The translations under genes were made by a program, and so were the position numbers. DNA of 64,000 nucleotides from Eledone cirrhosa (taxonomy: Eukaryota), in contig OZ024742.1 of the NCBI GenBank assembly GCA_964016885.1, forward strand, positions 279,372,001-279,436,000, written 5' to 3'. Of this stretch, positions 1 through 14,075 are shown piece by piece. A model generated the notes under the pieces. It was not told the origin of the DNA. It saw only the letters and a program-made list of their open reading frames with translations, and did no database searches. Every line of letters starts with the position of its first letter. The stretch's first letter is position 1.

Positions 1-2083
1 GAGGCGCAGACGTGCGCCATTTCTGACAGATCTATCCACGACAACCTCCATCTCATGCGATACATCGTAGAGAGGGTAGCTAGGGAACCTGGCACGAGTG
101 GGTACTTGATCAATTTAGATCAGTCGAAAGCATTCGATAGGGTCGACCATCGTTACCTAGCGGCAGTCCTGAGGGCGGCTGGCTTTGGGCCCGTCTTCAG
201 AGGCTGGATCGCTGCCATGCACAGCGACATCTGCTCTGTGGTGAGGGTGAACGGTCACCTTTCGGAACCGTTCAACATCATGCGCTCGGTCCGCCAAGGA
301 TGTCCCCTCTCGTCCCTCTTGTACGTATTGACTCTCGAGCCATTACAGCACAAACTGGAGACGTTGAGGGGGGTCCCGCGCGAACTCGGATGCGGAAGAT
401 CCATGTCAGCATATGCCGACAATGTCACCGTAGTGGTGTCGAACGACAAACAGATCGAGGCGATCTGTACTACACTAAGAGAATACGAAGTGGTGACAGG
501 AGCAATGATCAACCAGGAAAAGTCAGTGGGCCTGCAGCTCGGCACCAGGAGAGGCAGGTCCATGCCGTCCAACAGCGTCGTCGGACGCTGGACGGACGGA
601 CCGGTTAAATTGCTAGGGGTCTGGTTCGGCCCGGACCTCCAGACGGACAAAAGCTGGGACGAGGTGACGAGCAGGGTGGCTTCTCTACCCAGAAATGGGC
701 GGAGCGGAAGCTATCCCTGAAAGGTCGAGCGGAGGTGGCTAACGCGTACATCGCGTCTGTCATCTGTCATCTGCTACCGCCTGACCGTCGTACCTTGTCC
801 TAAGCCCCGCCTGACTGCTCTGGAGCGTTTGCCCTTTCGCTTTTTGTGGAAGGGACGCGCTCCGATGGTCAGGCAGTCCATCTGTTGTCAACACCCGCTA
901 CGTGGAGGGCTGGGCATGCCGTGGCTGCTGATGCGCAGACACGCGCTCAGGCTACGACATCTCCACCTCTTCCTCGACGGTGATCAGGTGTGGTCGCCGT
1001 TTGCTAGACACGTATTTCCCCAGCTCGTTTCCTTGACGGAGCTGCAGTCCTGGGTCAAGCAAAGACCGAGAGGGAGCGCATGGAGACTGAAATATCTTCA
1101 GGCGCTTACAGCCCTCGACCAATCGGGCAATGTGATAGCTGGAAACGCCACCTCGGCGTTCTATAGAGGATTAGTGGAGGGGAAGAGCGACGACGTACTT
1201 GGGGAAAGTCTAGGCGTCGACAAAAATCAACTAGCCACTCTCTTCGGAAGAACTTTCGGGCCCGGGCCTATGGACAACTTCCAGAAATCTCTGGCCTGGC
1301 AGTGCTACCGAGGAGCCTTGCCAGTTCCAGATAAACTCTACAGGCATGGAGGTGCCATCAGCCGGGCATATTCCGAGATGCGCGCAGGGCGACGAACCGT
1401 CCTGCACACACTCGTCCAGTGTCCGAAAATTGCTGACTTGTGGTTTTATGTCGAACACCTGCTGTCACGTGTAGGACGGATCCGGCTATCATCTGAGTCC
1501 ATCGTGAGGATTTCCCCGCCCTCTTCCTTTGGCCGGGAAGGGCAGGCAGTTTTTATCTGTCTGGTGGCCATGGCGAAAGAGATAGTATGGTGGACGCGTT
1601 TGAAAGGGCTGAAGACGAGCACTTACCTCTTAGGTGATGCCCTGATTAACTTTTTAAAATTTCATTTGAAAAGGAAAATCAGAGTAGAGAGGGAAGTGCT
1701 CTCTTCCCAGCATTTTGTTCAAAGATGGGTGAGAGAAGCAAGAATGGCCCGAGTGAATGGGCCTACTCTGAGTATGTATCTGTAAATTAAAGATGAAAAA
1801 CTGGGAGAGGGCACTTGCCTTGGTGGTCAGGGTCACTGTGGCCTTTAATGGGCTTTCTCCACAAATGTCCCTCCGAGGTCTCCCGCCTATTGGGGAATTT
1901 TTCATTGCTATTTTTTTTGTTACATCCTCTGTTTTTGTTTTTTACACGCAGAAATGCCCATTTGTACCGTCCTGTATTGTCCTGCACTGTCCTTAATGTC
2001 TACTTTATGTAAACCCTTGTGGTTAATAAAGAAATCCTTATTATTAATATTATTACTATTATTATTAGTATTATTATTATTAC
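1..2083 (+). mobile_element. Tx1/L1-clade non-LTR retrotransposon, 3' part of ORF2 (RT plus C-terminal region), frameshifted; 5' end lies outside the window
   Basis: ORF 55-720 has RT motifs LDQSKAFDRVDH, SVRQGCPLS and YADNVT (YADD decayed). The reading continues after frameshifts in ORF 829-1785 (FLWKG, GGLG, HTLVQC). The 3' UTR ends in AATAAA (~2025) followed by a (TTA)n tail. Confidence 0.9.
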
Positions 2084-2121
2084 TATATATACACATATAT
2101 ATATATGAGTGTGTGCGTGTT

Positions 2122-2152
<31 letters not shown>

Positions 2153-2439
2153 ATGTGTGTGTGTGTGCGCACGTGTGTGTGCGTGTGTGGTGCGAACGTA
2201 TTTGTGCCCGTGTGTGTGTGGGCGTGTGCGCGCGTGTGTTTGTATTTATGTGTATGCGTATGCATGGGTCTGAGTGTGTTTTAGATACGTATAACCAGAT
2301 TTGTATTCACGTCGCTAGATTTCTCTTTAATGTATAAGAGAGGCGAATATCACTTTGAGTACTTTGCGAAAGTTAGTACACTAAAAAATATTCATCTGTT
2401 TCCACATTAACTGAGTATCATATATACATCTATACATAA

Positions 2440-3205
<766 letters not shown>

Positions 3206-3733
3206 TACGAAATGCGAATTATTTTACAAGTTTTCCAAAAGATAGCGGAAGAATGGTTTTGAAAGCTTCCATTTTGACACTTTAGTCTGATTTCTATATT
3301 AAAGAGAATCACGTTCTGACAATGTACATTGCTAGAAAGAAGAACATTATTACATAAAAGAAACAAAAGTGAAACAAATACAAATTACATATATAAATAA
3401 TATCACAAAGTATAATTATATATGTATATAAGTATATATACACGCATATGAATGCCTCACATATTTTTTTATGTACATATATATACACACTTATAAATAT
3501 ATACACTCTCAAACACACAAACACGTGTGTAGAGAAGGAGAGAACAAAAAATAGTGTAAGTGAGATACTCCGAATTCATATTAACAGGGATATATATAGT
3601 GTGAGAGAGAGATAGAGTATAGACAACTAAACATTATGAGATGTGTTTATATGTATGTATATATATGGCTTTGTCATTGTGTGAGTGTAAGCCTGCCCGT
3701 TTGCTAGTGAACTGGATCTATGGGCCTGTGTAC

Positions 3734-3764
<31 letters not shown>

Positions 3765-4096
3765 ATGTATGAATCTCTACATCTACACACACACACAAAC
3801 ACACACGCACACAAATACACACACACACACACAGACATACATACTACGCTCACATAAACATGAATATATACTTAGATGAAGTAGTATATATATGTTTTCA
3901 AAATTTGGAAATTTTTAGATATATTATAGCATAAAAAGCTGACGTGTCAACCTATACCGTAACATGTACTAACTCAAAGGAAGCACGAGTGCGAACATGT
4001 GCACCCTCTGATAAAAACACCCACACATACTCGCCAACAAATACGCTTACTGGCACAAACTCCAACTCAGATATAGGCAGACATATGAATAGATGA

Positions 4097-4245
4097 TAGG
4101 CGGCGAATTGGCAGAGTCGTTACAACGTCGGAAAGAATGCTTTGTAGTATTCAATTCGGCTCCCTCCTCTCTGAGTTCGAAATCTGCAGTGGTCAACTTT
4201 TCCTTTCATACATTAATGGTTGAGAAAATAGTACCAGTTAAGTAC
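4097..4245 (+). mobile_element. Old, diverged copy of tRNA-derived SINE family A
   Basis: TGGCAGAGTCGTT (A box), GAGTTCGAAATC (B box) and a decayed CCTTTCAT...AAATAGTACCAGT central domain. Confidence 0.6.
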
Positions 4246-4405
4246 TCGTGTCGATTCTTCCACTATATTTCTTTCTCACTTCCTTTCTCACACTCTTTCT
4301 ATCCTTCTCTCAAAGAAGCCTAGCGTATATCAGGCCTGGAGAGGAGATCGGCTCAGTCAGGTTACAAAATGTGTCCTAGAAAGGACCTGGATATATGTGT
4401 TTATA

Positions 4406-5015
4406 ATATATAAAAAGGAAAACAAAATGCTGACAAATTTTTCGCAGTGAAAAATAGTTTAATTAGGACTAAGTATAAATCAATAATTGTTTCTAATTTA
4501 GGCACAAGGCCAGCAATTATCCGGTACATTACTGGTACTTTATTTTATCGAACCCGTAAGGAGGAAAGGCACTGTCAACCTCGGTGGGATTTTCAACTCA
4601 GATCGTAAAGGGACGTAACTATGCTGGAAAGCATGGCGTCTGACCCTCTACTGATAGTATTGGTTTGTATTCAGTATTAGTTTAAAGTTTTTACCGGTTG
4701 CGCATTTCTAATGCTTTACAAAAATAATTTTGAGACAGAGCGCTTGTGATGTTTGCTCTAATCTGGATTATTATATATACAGATTAGAGCAAACATCACG
4801 CTATTCAGATTAGAGCAAACATCACGAGCGCTCCATCTCAAAATTATTTTTGAAAAGCATTAGAAATGCGCAACCGGTGAAAACTTAAAACTAAAACTGA
4901 ATACTAACCAATACTTATTACTAATTTATACTTATTCCTAATTAAACTATTTTTCACTGGGAAAAAATTGTCAGCATTTTCTTTTCCTTTTTATTAATAT
5001 ATCACAACTCGTGTG
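4406..5015. mobile_element. Tail-out inverted duplication (palindrome) of a ~220-bp PLE-terminus-like repeat; the left arm is interrupted by a SINE
   Basis: 4406-4485 plus 4656-4768 mirror 4806-5000. Each arm carries a decayed HHR-like motif (right arm 4846-4883: TTGAAAA-gcatt/aatgc-GCAA-ccgg-TG). A further partial copy lies at 47686-47824. Confidence 0.75.
4483..4655 (-). mobile_element. tRNA-derived SINE family A
   Basis: Reverse complement of the consensus ...GCCTTTCATCCTTACGGGGTCGATAAAATAAAGTACCAGT...GCTGGCCTTGTGCCTAAA. Confidence 0.85.
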
Positions 5016-5027
5016 TCAAATCGCTAT

Positions 5028-5077
<50 letters not shown>

Positions 5078-5180
5078 ATTACTCTAAGGTAAAATACCTT
5101 ATTGAACGAATAGCTGCACATTCCGATTGCATTCGTTAGCTTAGCAGCAGCCAGATCTTCGCTTTTGCTGTACTTCCATT

Positions 5181-5339
<159 letters not shown>

Positions 5340-5511
5340 AGGAAGGATTTAGTTTGAAACTGGTTAGACCATTACACACAAGAATAATTGATATTTGGAT
5401 TAGCTGAATATGGTTATATGAACGAGTCGGGATACCGACTCTTTCAGATTTATAGTTATGAACAACTTTTATATATAGAAAATACTACAATTAACCGTCA
5501 TTATATATATA

Positions 5512-5609
5512 GCCGAGGTTAAGTTTGCCTTTCATCCTTACGGGGTCGATAAAATAAAGTACCAGTAATGTACTGTGTAATTCCTGGCCTTGTGCCAAAA
5601 GTAGAAACA

Positions 5610-5613
<4 letters not shown>
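5512..5613 (+). mobile_element. 5'-truncated SINE family A
   Basis: gccgaggttaagtttgcctttcatccttacggggtcgataaaataaagtaccagt...agaaacaatt. Confidence 0.85.
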
Positions 5614-5642
<29 letters not shown>

Positions 5643-5644
5643 TA

Positions 5645-5810
5645 TACTCTGGGAGGGTCATGTTGCCAATAAGAAACACACGCACCAGTTGCTTCCACTT
5701 CAATTTATTATAAATTTCCGGTTGGTTGGTTGGATCCACAACCGGACTGTTGTTCATATATTGTCAAAGTTCTTTCGTCACACATTCTGTGACCTCTTCA
5801 GTGACTGAAT
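5645..5810 (-). mobile_element. 3' terminal (pLTR) fragment of the GIY-YIG PLE family also seen at 13.2 kb, 58.2 kb and 63.9 kb
   Basis: Near-identical to 58183-58370 (gggagggtca...cacacgcaccagttgc...tcacacattctgtgacctcttcagtgactg). Confidence 0.8.
5763..5805 (-). ncRNA. Minimal type I hammerhead ribozyme motif
   Basis: Minus strand reads gtca-CTGAAGA-g-gtcac..gtgac-GAAA-gaac-TT-tgac. The stem III palindrome carries one substitution relative to the 58.3 kb copy. Confidence 0.6.
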
Positions 5811-6061
5811 CACCAGATAAATATATACCATTTCCTCTCCCAACTAGCATAATTAACAATATAAAAAATCGATTAGACCAAGCTATAAAAATAAAGGCTT
5901 GTATGAAGAAATCTCCGACAAATAACCAAAGCAGCCCTTCGCGCCGGCTGCGACGGAACATGTATCGAGTATTTCGACAGCGTGTACAAATCGCCCAGAT
6001 ATACAGTCAACTATACAGAGTTAGGTGTAAAATAAACTAGGAGAAAAGTGAACATATATAG

Positions 6062-6143
6062 TAACCTCTACCATGGTTTCGTCCGCATTTTAAGATATCC
6101 GATAGCATCGGGCATCTAGAGCACCGGACTCTTCAGGAAGTTA
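6062..6143 (-). ncRNA. Type I hammerhead ribozyme motif
   Basis: Minus strand reads taacttc-CTGAAGA-gtcc[internal hairpin]ggac-GAAA-ccatgg-TA-gaggtta. It has a 7-bp stem I, a palindromic stem III (ACCATGGT) and a GUA cleavage triplet. Confidence 0.85.
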
Positions 6144-6317
6144 GCTCAAATTTAGACAATAAGTTTTCCAAAGTGATCGCGCCAAGAATACATTTAAAAA
6201 TGGCTAAGAATCGTGACGTAGCATCAGTCAGATTAGAAAGAATGTGATTGGTTGCTTACGGCTGGTGGCCTTTTGCTAGAAAGCGCAGCACAATACAGCC
6301 AAAATTGTATCTATATA

Positions 6318-6353
<36 letters not shown>

Positions 6354-6370
6354 ATATATATATATACATA

Positions 6371-6563
<193 letters not shown>

Positions 6564-6568
6564 TATAT

Positions 6569-6601
<33 letters not shown>

Positions 6602-6655
6602 GCGCTGGGATCTAGCTGTCGGATCTAGCTGCAAGATCCATACACACGCACACAT

Positions 6656-6775
<120 letters not shown>

Positions 6776-7392
6776 GCAGATTTCAGTTTATAGACTACGG
6801 GCAAACTGATGCACCACTTTGATTCACATACCTGAGGTAATGATTTTCTCGAATCCCTGTTTTCTTTCCGTCTAACCGCTAATGTACGTCGCATAAGCAC
6901 AGATACACAGTCATCCTCCTGTGTGAATACGTGTGCTTCTATACACACACACGTACACACACACATACACACACAGATATATATATATATATATTTATAT
7001 ATACATATACACTCACACTCATACACACACCACTACACTCATATTCTATATATATATATATATGTGTGTGTCTATGTGTGTGATGTGCGTATGAGTGTGT
7101 AATTGTAAGTGAGTTAAATTATGTGTGTATTTGGGTTAGCCTATAAGAATATATGCTTATTAAATGCATTATGCATAAATATCTAATTACATCGCGTGTA
7201 TCGAATATATTATATAGCTATATAGATATTTCATTAATTTCATTATCGTTTGATTTTGATTTCCATCGTCGTCTCTTGGTATTAGTGGTACTTATATATC
7301 TATATCTATGTATGTATGCTTGTCTATATATATAGTTATGCATGTATGTATGTACTTATGTATGTATGTATGTATGTATGTATGTATGTATG

Positions 7393-7426
<34 letters not shown>

Positions 7427-7639
7427 TTTATGTATATATGCTCGTCTATATATATGGATGTGGATGTGTATATATGTAATTAAATAAATATTTATGCCAA
7501 GCACAATATAAGTTTGAAGTTGAAAGATATATTCATTGCAGATATAACTACAGTTTTATTAAATTATTGGCATTGCGGTAAAAATAAACATTTGCAAACA
7601 CTTTTTTTTCCTTATTCTCTTCATGTACAGAAACTCGTA

Positions 7640-9600
7640 AGAATTTACCTTACACTCGGTGAAGGTGATTTTTCGTGATGATGTTGATTAGATATATCTA
7701 TTAAAAAAATGTGGCCCATACATGACCATCCTATTTGTCCCCCACATAAAGTTTTTCTAATACTCCGTAGGCATTATATACTTAGTTATAACATTTTACC
7801 TTTTATGAATCTTGCTTCCCATTTCAGAGAAATATTACTGCTAATATTAGCCATACCTAGACCTCATGCAGAGGCATTCCTATTGGTTTATTTGTACTCC
7901 AATCATGACTATCTCAATTTATTTGATACATAAGCCTGAGACTACATTCTGTCCAAAATACCATTACATTTTGCTTTACAGTAAGTAAAGTGTATTTTAT
8001 GAGTGATTTGACTTCTATTGCTAGCAATTTAAGCGGCCTCGTAAGGACGTTCGGGTTTATTTTCTCTGCGGTGGTTATTGTTGTTGATCAAAGGGATCCA
8101 GACATGTAATCTTTTATTTGGTAAATCATCGACTACATTATGCCCAATGTGTCTTTCCACGGTAAGTGGATTGAGGTAGAAACTTAGGGTTAGATAACAT
8201 TGTGGACACGGCAGGGCTGAATATTTAATAAAGATAGCTTCACACTCAAAAAGCCTCAATTTCGATCCAACTTCATGACATCTTGAAGAAGTGTCATTTA
8301 CCATTGTGAGTGAAATTGTGTAGAGATTGTGTGTGTAGGCATCTACATAGACTCCACCTGTAAATATAAAAACCACGCATTCCACACACTCTCACATAGA
8401 TACTCCCGAGAATTCCTATATGGATAAACTATAATACAAGAAAGACTCCACCTGTAATTCAAATGACGAGCATTGTCACATTAAATCTCCTTATGGATAC
8501 AAGTTAAATTGGAATACACAACCATTTAAACTATAAGGCAAGATAGACTGTATATATAAATAAAGGGACCAATCTTCATGTAATGCCTCATACTGAATAA
8601 CGCTTACAATTAAATCAAATGATACATGTTTTTGAAGCGAACTTCATAACTTCTCATCCATGGCATTGTTGCCAATATCAATAACAATAACAATTATAAC
8701 AACATCACCACAACATCAACCAAAAACATTAAAATTCAATTAAATACATCTGCCAGTTCCGTTACTTTCTCAATTTGACGCACGAAGGGATTTAAACCGG
8801 CACCTCATGATTGCAAGGTGAACGTTTTAACTTCCCGAGCATGTGTGCATTACTTCAACAACGACGATGGCATCAGCAACGACGACAGCAAGAAGAAACT
8901 GTTAAACTCAATTAAAACCCCTTTCCCTGTTTCCGTTTATGTAATATGTTGGGACAAGAAAGTTAATAAATAACTCATCATTTTAACAGCAATATTCTAG
9001 TGTGAACCTAGGATATTGGAATGGATTTCTAACAGTTAACATCTAATATTGAATCATTGATGAAATTAATCAGGAATTGGACAAATGGACAAATCCCATG
9101 ACTGCAATAAACTGACGTGTAAATGTTTCATTATATTTCCAATATAATTTAGACGATTTCACACTTGGAATGGACTTCCGTCGGTTCCGAAGAGGTGTAC
9201 TCTAGTTGTTTCATCAACGTTAGTTTAGTCCACCTGAATTGATAAGTTAACCTACGTATAAGTATACCCGAGGCTATGGCAGAATTTAGTTGCCCAAATG
9301 TCACTTACCATAGTCACGGGTTCATCGAAGCTGTGTGAATGAAAATGGGTAATCGGAATTTTGGAGGCTTCTCTGATGGATATTGTGATGCACAATTTTG
9401 GCTTGGGATTTATGAAGGGTAAATATGTATGGAGAATACTCCGTGCATTCTGAGTTCAATTCTAGCCTCCTGTCACCGGAAAACCGGTGATACTTCTGCT
9501 AGGTTTTATAACCGACAGGCAATATCAGCAATGGAAATCCTAACGGAAACACATATTACTTGGTCCTATCTGACGATCGGCATCTTTGTTTGATATTATT
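7640..9600 (-). pseudogene. Heavily decayed Penelope-like RT remnant
   Basis: Manual minus-strand reading gives motif echoes in the expected order: VIKPS (IKPADKG), KPPKFRLP..PVTMVSDIWAT (PxFYGLPKIHK..RPIVS), YKQTN..GLGMANI and KITFTE. There are many stops and frameshifts. Confidence 0.4.
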
Positions 9601-9750
9601 TTCAAGTTAATATATTGAAGCTTAGTGTTATACGTTATATATATATATTCGAATACTGCAGAAGACAACTTCACCTTTCATTCATCAAGCTCAATAAATA
9701 AATACCAGTCCAATACTAGAGTGGCTTCCTTCTCTAGCTTTCTTTCTGAA

Positions 9751-9833
<83 letters not shown>

Positions 9834-10159
9834 TTCTCTCTCTATTTCTCTCTCTCTCTCTCTGACACACACTTCCTCCATCTCTCTCTCTCTCACTCTC
9901 ACACACACATATAAACATGCACTCTTTCTCCCTTTCTATCTTTCTTTTCAGGATAAAATCGTCCGTGGTGAAACCTAGAAAGGGATGGACCTCGCAAACT
10001 TAAATGTCACGTCAGCACCTCTACAGCACTACCAGGAGTTATGGGCATCCACTTTCAGGGTTTGGTATTAAAAATACCATTGAAGTATTTGGGACCATTT
10101 ACCAGATCATAACCCTATTGAAATCTACCATTATCATTCCTACTAACATTATTATGTAT

Positions 10160-10478
10160 CGGTAGATTGGCAGTATCGGTAGAGGGTCGGACGCCATGCT
10201 TTCCAGCATGGTTACGTCCCTTTACGATCTGAGTTCAAATCCCGCCGAGGTTGACTTTGCCTTTCATCCTTACGGGGTCGATAAAATAAAGTACCAGTAA
10301 TGCACTGGGTAATTGCTGGCCTTGTGCCTAAAGTAGAAACAATTATTATGTATCGGTAGATTATTATGTATCGGTAGAGCGTCAAACTCCATGCTTTGCA
10401 GCATAGAGCTGTGGCCCTTTACGTTATGGGTGCAAATCCCACCGAGGTTAATTTGCCTTTCTTCCTTACGGGGTCGAT
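10160..10478 (+). mobile_element. Full-length SINE family A (10160-10347) followed by a 3'-truncated second copy
   Basis: A box TGGCAGTATCGG, B box GAGTTCAAATCC, central domain, and 3' end agaaacaattatt. The sequence ttattatgtatcggtaga is repeated at both flanks (TSD-like). Confidence 0.9.
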
Positions 10479-11513
10479 ATGTATATCCGTGTTCTTGTTT
10501 TGTAAATAACTATTCTGCATCGTGAGTTTTTCTAGTTGATATTATTTCCAATAATGTACATATTATCGCTATATATTAAATGATTTACATATGGTGGTCA
10601 GTTGGCAGAATTAATAGAGCATCGGACAAATCCTTTGTCGTGTTTGGTATACATTTTTACGTTCTGAGTCCAAATTCTGCCTAAGGTGACGATACTTTTT
10701 ACTGTTTTAGAGGTCTATAAAATTATGTATGAGACAAGTACAGGGACCAATTTAATCGACTTACCACTTTCCCACCATCACACAAAATTTATGACATCGT
10801 ACGTGAAGTTGAACTTTTACGCTATGTGTACAGTGTATAGAATTAGCATTAGTTTGCATGCTTTCCGGTGTATTATTTGTTTACTGGATGTCAGATATTT
10901 CTTTTATACCAGCCACATCAATTATTGGGAGAAGTATTTCAGCTTTCTATTCCCATGTTCTTCTAAAGGAATGGATTTTCAGCTCTTTATATTTCGTCTT
11001 ATTTCCTGAGTTCACCTAGATAAGCTGTTATCATCTATTATCAATGGAACATAATATTCGTCAAGAAATGCTAAATTTATTTATCTTCTCACCATAATAT
11101 GTTCCGAACAAATATTCCTGCCTTCTTTTTATTGGTATAAACGGACAGAACTCACCGAGTAACACCGCCATTTTCTGAATTTTGTTCAAGTATGTTCTTA
11201 GATAATTTTCTATTTCTTCGAATGTTGTATAATAAACTTGCTTTTTTCTAATATAGCCCACTATTCTGTTTATCTAATGTTAGTTTACACTAATCACTTA
11301 GAAATAATAACTAACTGATTGTCCCTTTACATGTATATATCTATATGTATAGATATATTCCATATATATCTGTTTAATTATTTTATTCTATTACTGGATA
11401 CAGTAATCAAACTTTGGCTATGTTATGGAACCGGTTCTCTTTAGTTGTACATACATACATGGGTACATACATACATGCATACGTACGTACGTACGTACAT
11501 ATATACACACAGA

Positions 11514-12105
11514 CATGGTGGCTGCCAACTCGTTTTCGAGTACGGCCACTACTTTATATCCATGTAGGAGAACACCTACCGATGCGCTGAACGAGCGTGA
11601 CTTTTTAGTCCAGCCAGCGACTTGAAAACTCTGGTACAAACACTACACCTGTGACAATTATTGACACATAATGCTGGGCCCATGGTACCATGTGACGACA
11701 AGTGCAGAGAGATCTCCAGATATAAAGCAATGCCTGTACCGTGAAGCTTTTATAGTGAGCAAAGGCACTGCACAAAGCCAGTCCCACTCTCTTAACCAAG
11801 ATGATATTTACCAAAAAGAAGAACAAGTCAACATTATTGGATATCATCAGGGTTGCGGGTGTTATATCAGATTTTTCATCCTCCTAGAATTCTGCCTTGA
11901 CAAAGGCTAAGGGGTCATCTCTCCCGGTGATTTTGGATGGCCATTGACTCTTAAGAGCTCCTTTGCCCTTTGACAGGTTTTGTTTTTAGCCCTGCAGGAT
12001 GTCCAAAGTCACCCTCTTCACCAAGAAACCTTGCCAGTTTAGTCGCCAACGACCCGACCATGGGACAGGTTGTACTGGGATGCATGTTACCAGTAGCACC
12101 AACAT
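11514..12105. repeat. Unclassified dispersed repeat; 11514-11925 recurs inverted at 17601-17979
   Basis: Direct comparison shows high identity, with a ~33-bp deletion in the second copy. Both copies are flanked by (TACA)n. Confidence 0.8.
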
Positions 12106-12710
12106 AGACATATATATATAACCATACACATACATACACACAGACATAGATGCCTGTCTACACACATACATACACATGCATATACATACATACATATACA
12201 TATGGATGCCTACACACATACAATCAAATGATAATATTCCAATTACGGACTCCTCAATACATGGTGTCCCGTCATAAGTAGTGGTAGTGGTTGGGTGTAG
12301 TGGTTGATGGCGGCGATGGAGTTGGCGTCTAGTAGTTAGTGGTGTTGATGGTTGGCTGCAGTTGCCGATGGCGGTGATGGTTGGCTGCAGTTGCTGATGA
12401 TGGTGATTGTCATCTGCAGCTGACACACAGACATACATACCTACATACGTACATACATGCATACATACATAAATTTATTCTAACTCCTGCGTGCCTCTTT
12501 GTGTGCATTTGTGACTGCTTGTTTGTGGCTGTGTGCGTCTTTCTCTATGTGTGTGTGTATTCGTGCATCTGTGGAGGTGTGTGTCTAGAGAAGACATTGT
12601 TTCCATATAAACTATCAAAATAACCCTCATATGTCCTAGCAATATAGAATATATCATCTAAGATATCAACTACAGTGTCAACATATCACAACTCGCTAGA
12701 TTTCACCAAC

Positions 12711-12789
<79 letters not shown>

Positions 12790-13194
12790 CGTTCATTGTG
12801 ACACCTATATCCACACACATGAACGCACACATACGAACACGGAAAATATCATATTTATACACTCAAACACAGAAATGCACTCGCGCGTATACATATTTAT
12901 GTATAACTGTTTTTGCATACGAATGTATGTTTGAACACGCGCACATGCATCTCGAAACACGTCTTGTGAATTAAATTTTGGAAGCGCATATCGTTTGTCA
13001 GACCATCGTTTTGACTATTCCTCCAGTTCATAGGGGTCAACTTGTAATACAATATCTCCCGCTGAATCCACATGTCAGTGGAACCTGTCCGCATTCGTGT
13101 ATCTTTATTTAAACAGTAATGCGTTTCCCTTGCGAAAATAACTGGAACGCTCATTATCAAAGCCGAAATAGGTCCATTTATCGATATTTATATA

Positions 13195-13897
13195 TTGTTA
13201 TAATTTTGGAGGGTCATGCTTCCAATAAAACCACACGCACCTGTTGGTTTTCACTTCAATTTATTACATATTTCCAGTTGGTTGGTTTAATAACCGGATG
13301 GTTATTCATTATCAAAGTTCTTCCGTCACACATTCTGTAATCTCCCCAGTGCCTAATTTGTTATTTTGTATATCTCCATTGTTCTGTCCTACACAATCTT
13401 GTTTCATGAATGTAGGCTGTGTACGTGGGTTGCGTATGCGTTATATCCGGATATGTGTAAGTGTGTTTATTTATTCATTTATACGTTTATTTACTTCTCA
13501 GTAATGGGTTGTTGTTCTATCTGTGTGTGTTTGGTTTGTTTTATTTGTATGGTTCTTATGTTTTGATGTATGTTTTTAACCTGTCCTTAATTACTAGTTG
13601 TGACGTTGTTGCTATTCCACTCATGTTTTCTGTTTGACTTTGGTTGGAGTTCGTTTATGTTTGCCGCTTCAGAAATCTGTCGTAGCATTCTTTTTTTTCT
13701 GTGCGTTGATATGGTCTTTATTTCTGTTCTCCAGTGTGCCCTCATATTCCATGTTGGCATGTTGGTAAGTACTGATGAGTTGTTCCCGAGTTCTCGCCAA
13801 TGTTCATTCATCCTCTCACGTAAGCGACGGGCTGTCTCACCTATCTAAGTAATTGTTTATACTCCAACACCGTCCCTCCGTACATCTTATGCTATAT
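13195..13897 (-). mobile_element. Penelope-like element 3' fragment: GIY-YIG endonuclease remnant plus pLTR with a decayed HHR
   Basis: Minus strand reads YSIRCTEGRC..IGETARRLRERMNEHW..RQISEAANINELQPKSNRKHEW. It is homologous to 58.2-58.9 kb, and the HHR core is mutated at ~13310-13352. Confidence 0.8.
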
Positions 13898-14075
13898 AAT
13901 TGTTTCTACTTTAGGCACAAGGCCAGCAATAACCCAGTGCATTACTGGTACTTTATTTTATCGACCCCGTAAGGATGAAAGGCAAAGTTCACCTCGGCGG
14001 GATTTGAATTCATATCGTAAAGGGACGTAACTATGCTGGACAGCACGTCGTCCGACCCTCTACCGATACTGCCAA
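13896..14075 (-). mobile_element. SINE family A
   Basis: Full-length reverse-complement match to the 10160-10347 copy. Confidence 0.9.
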
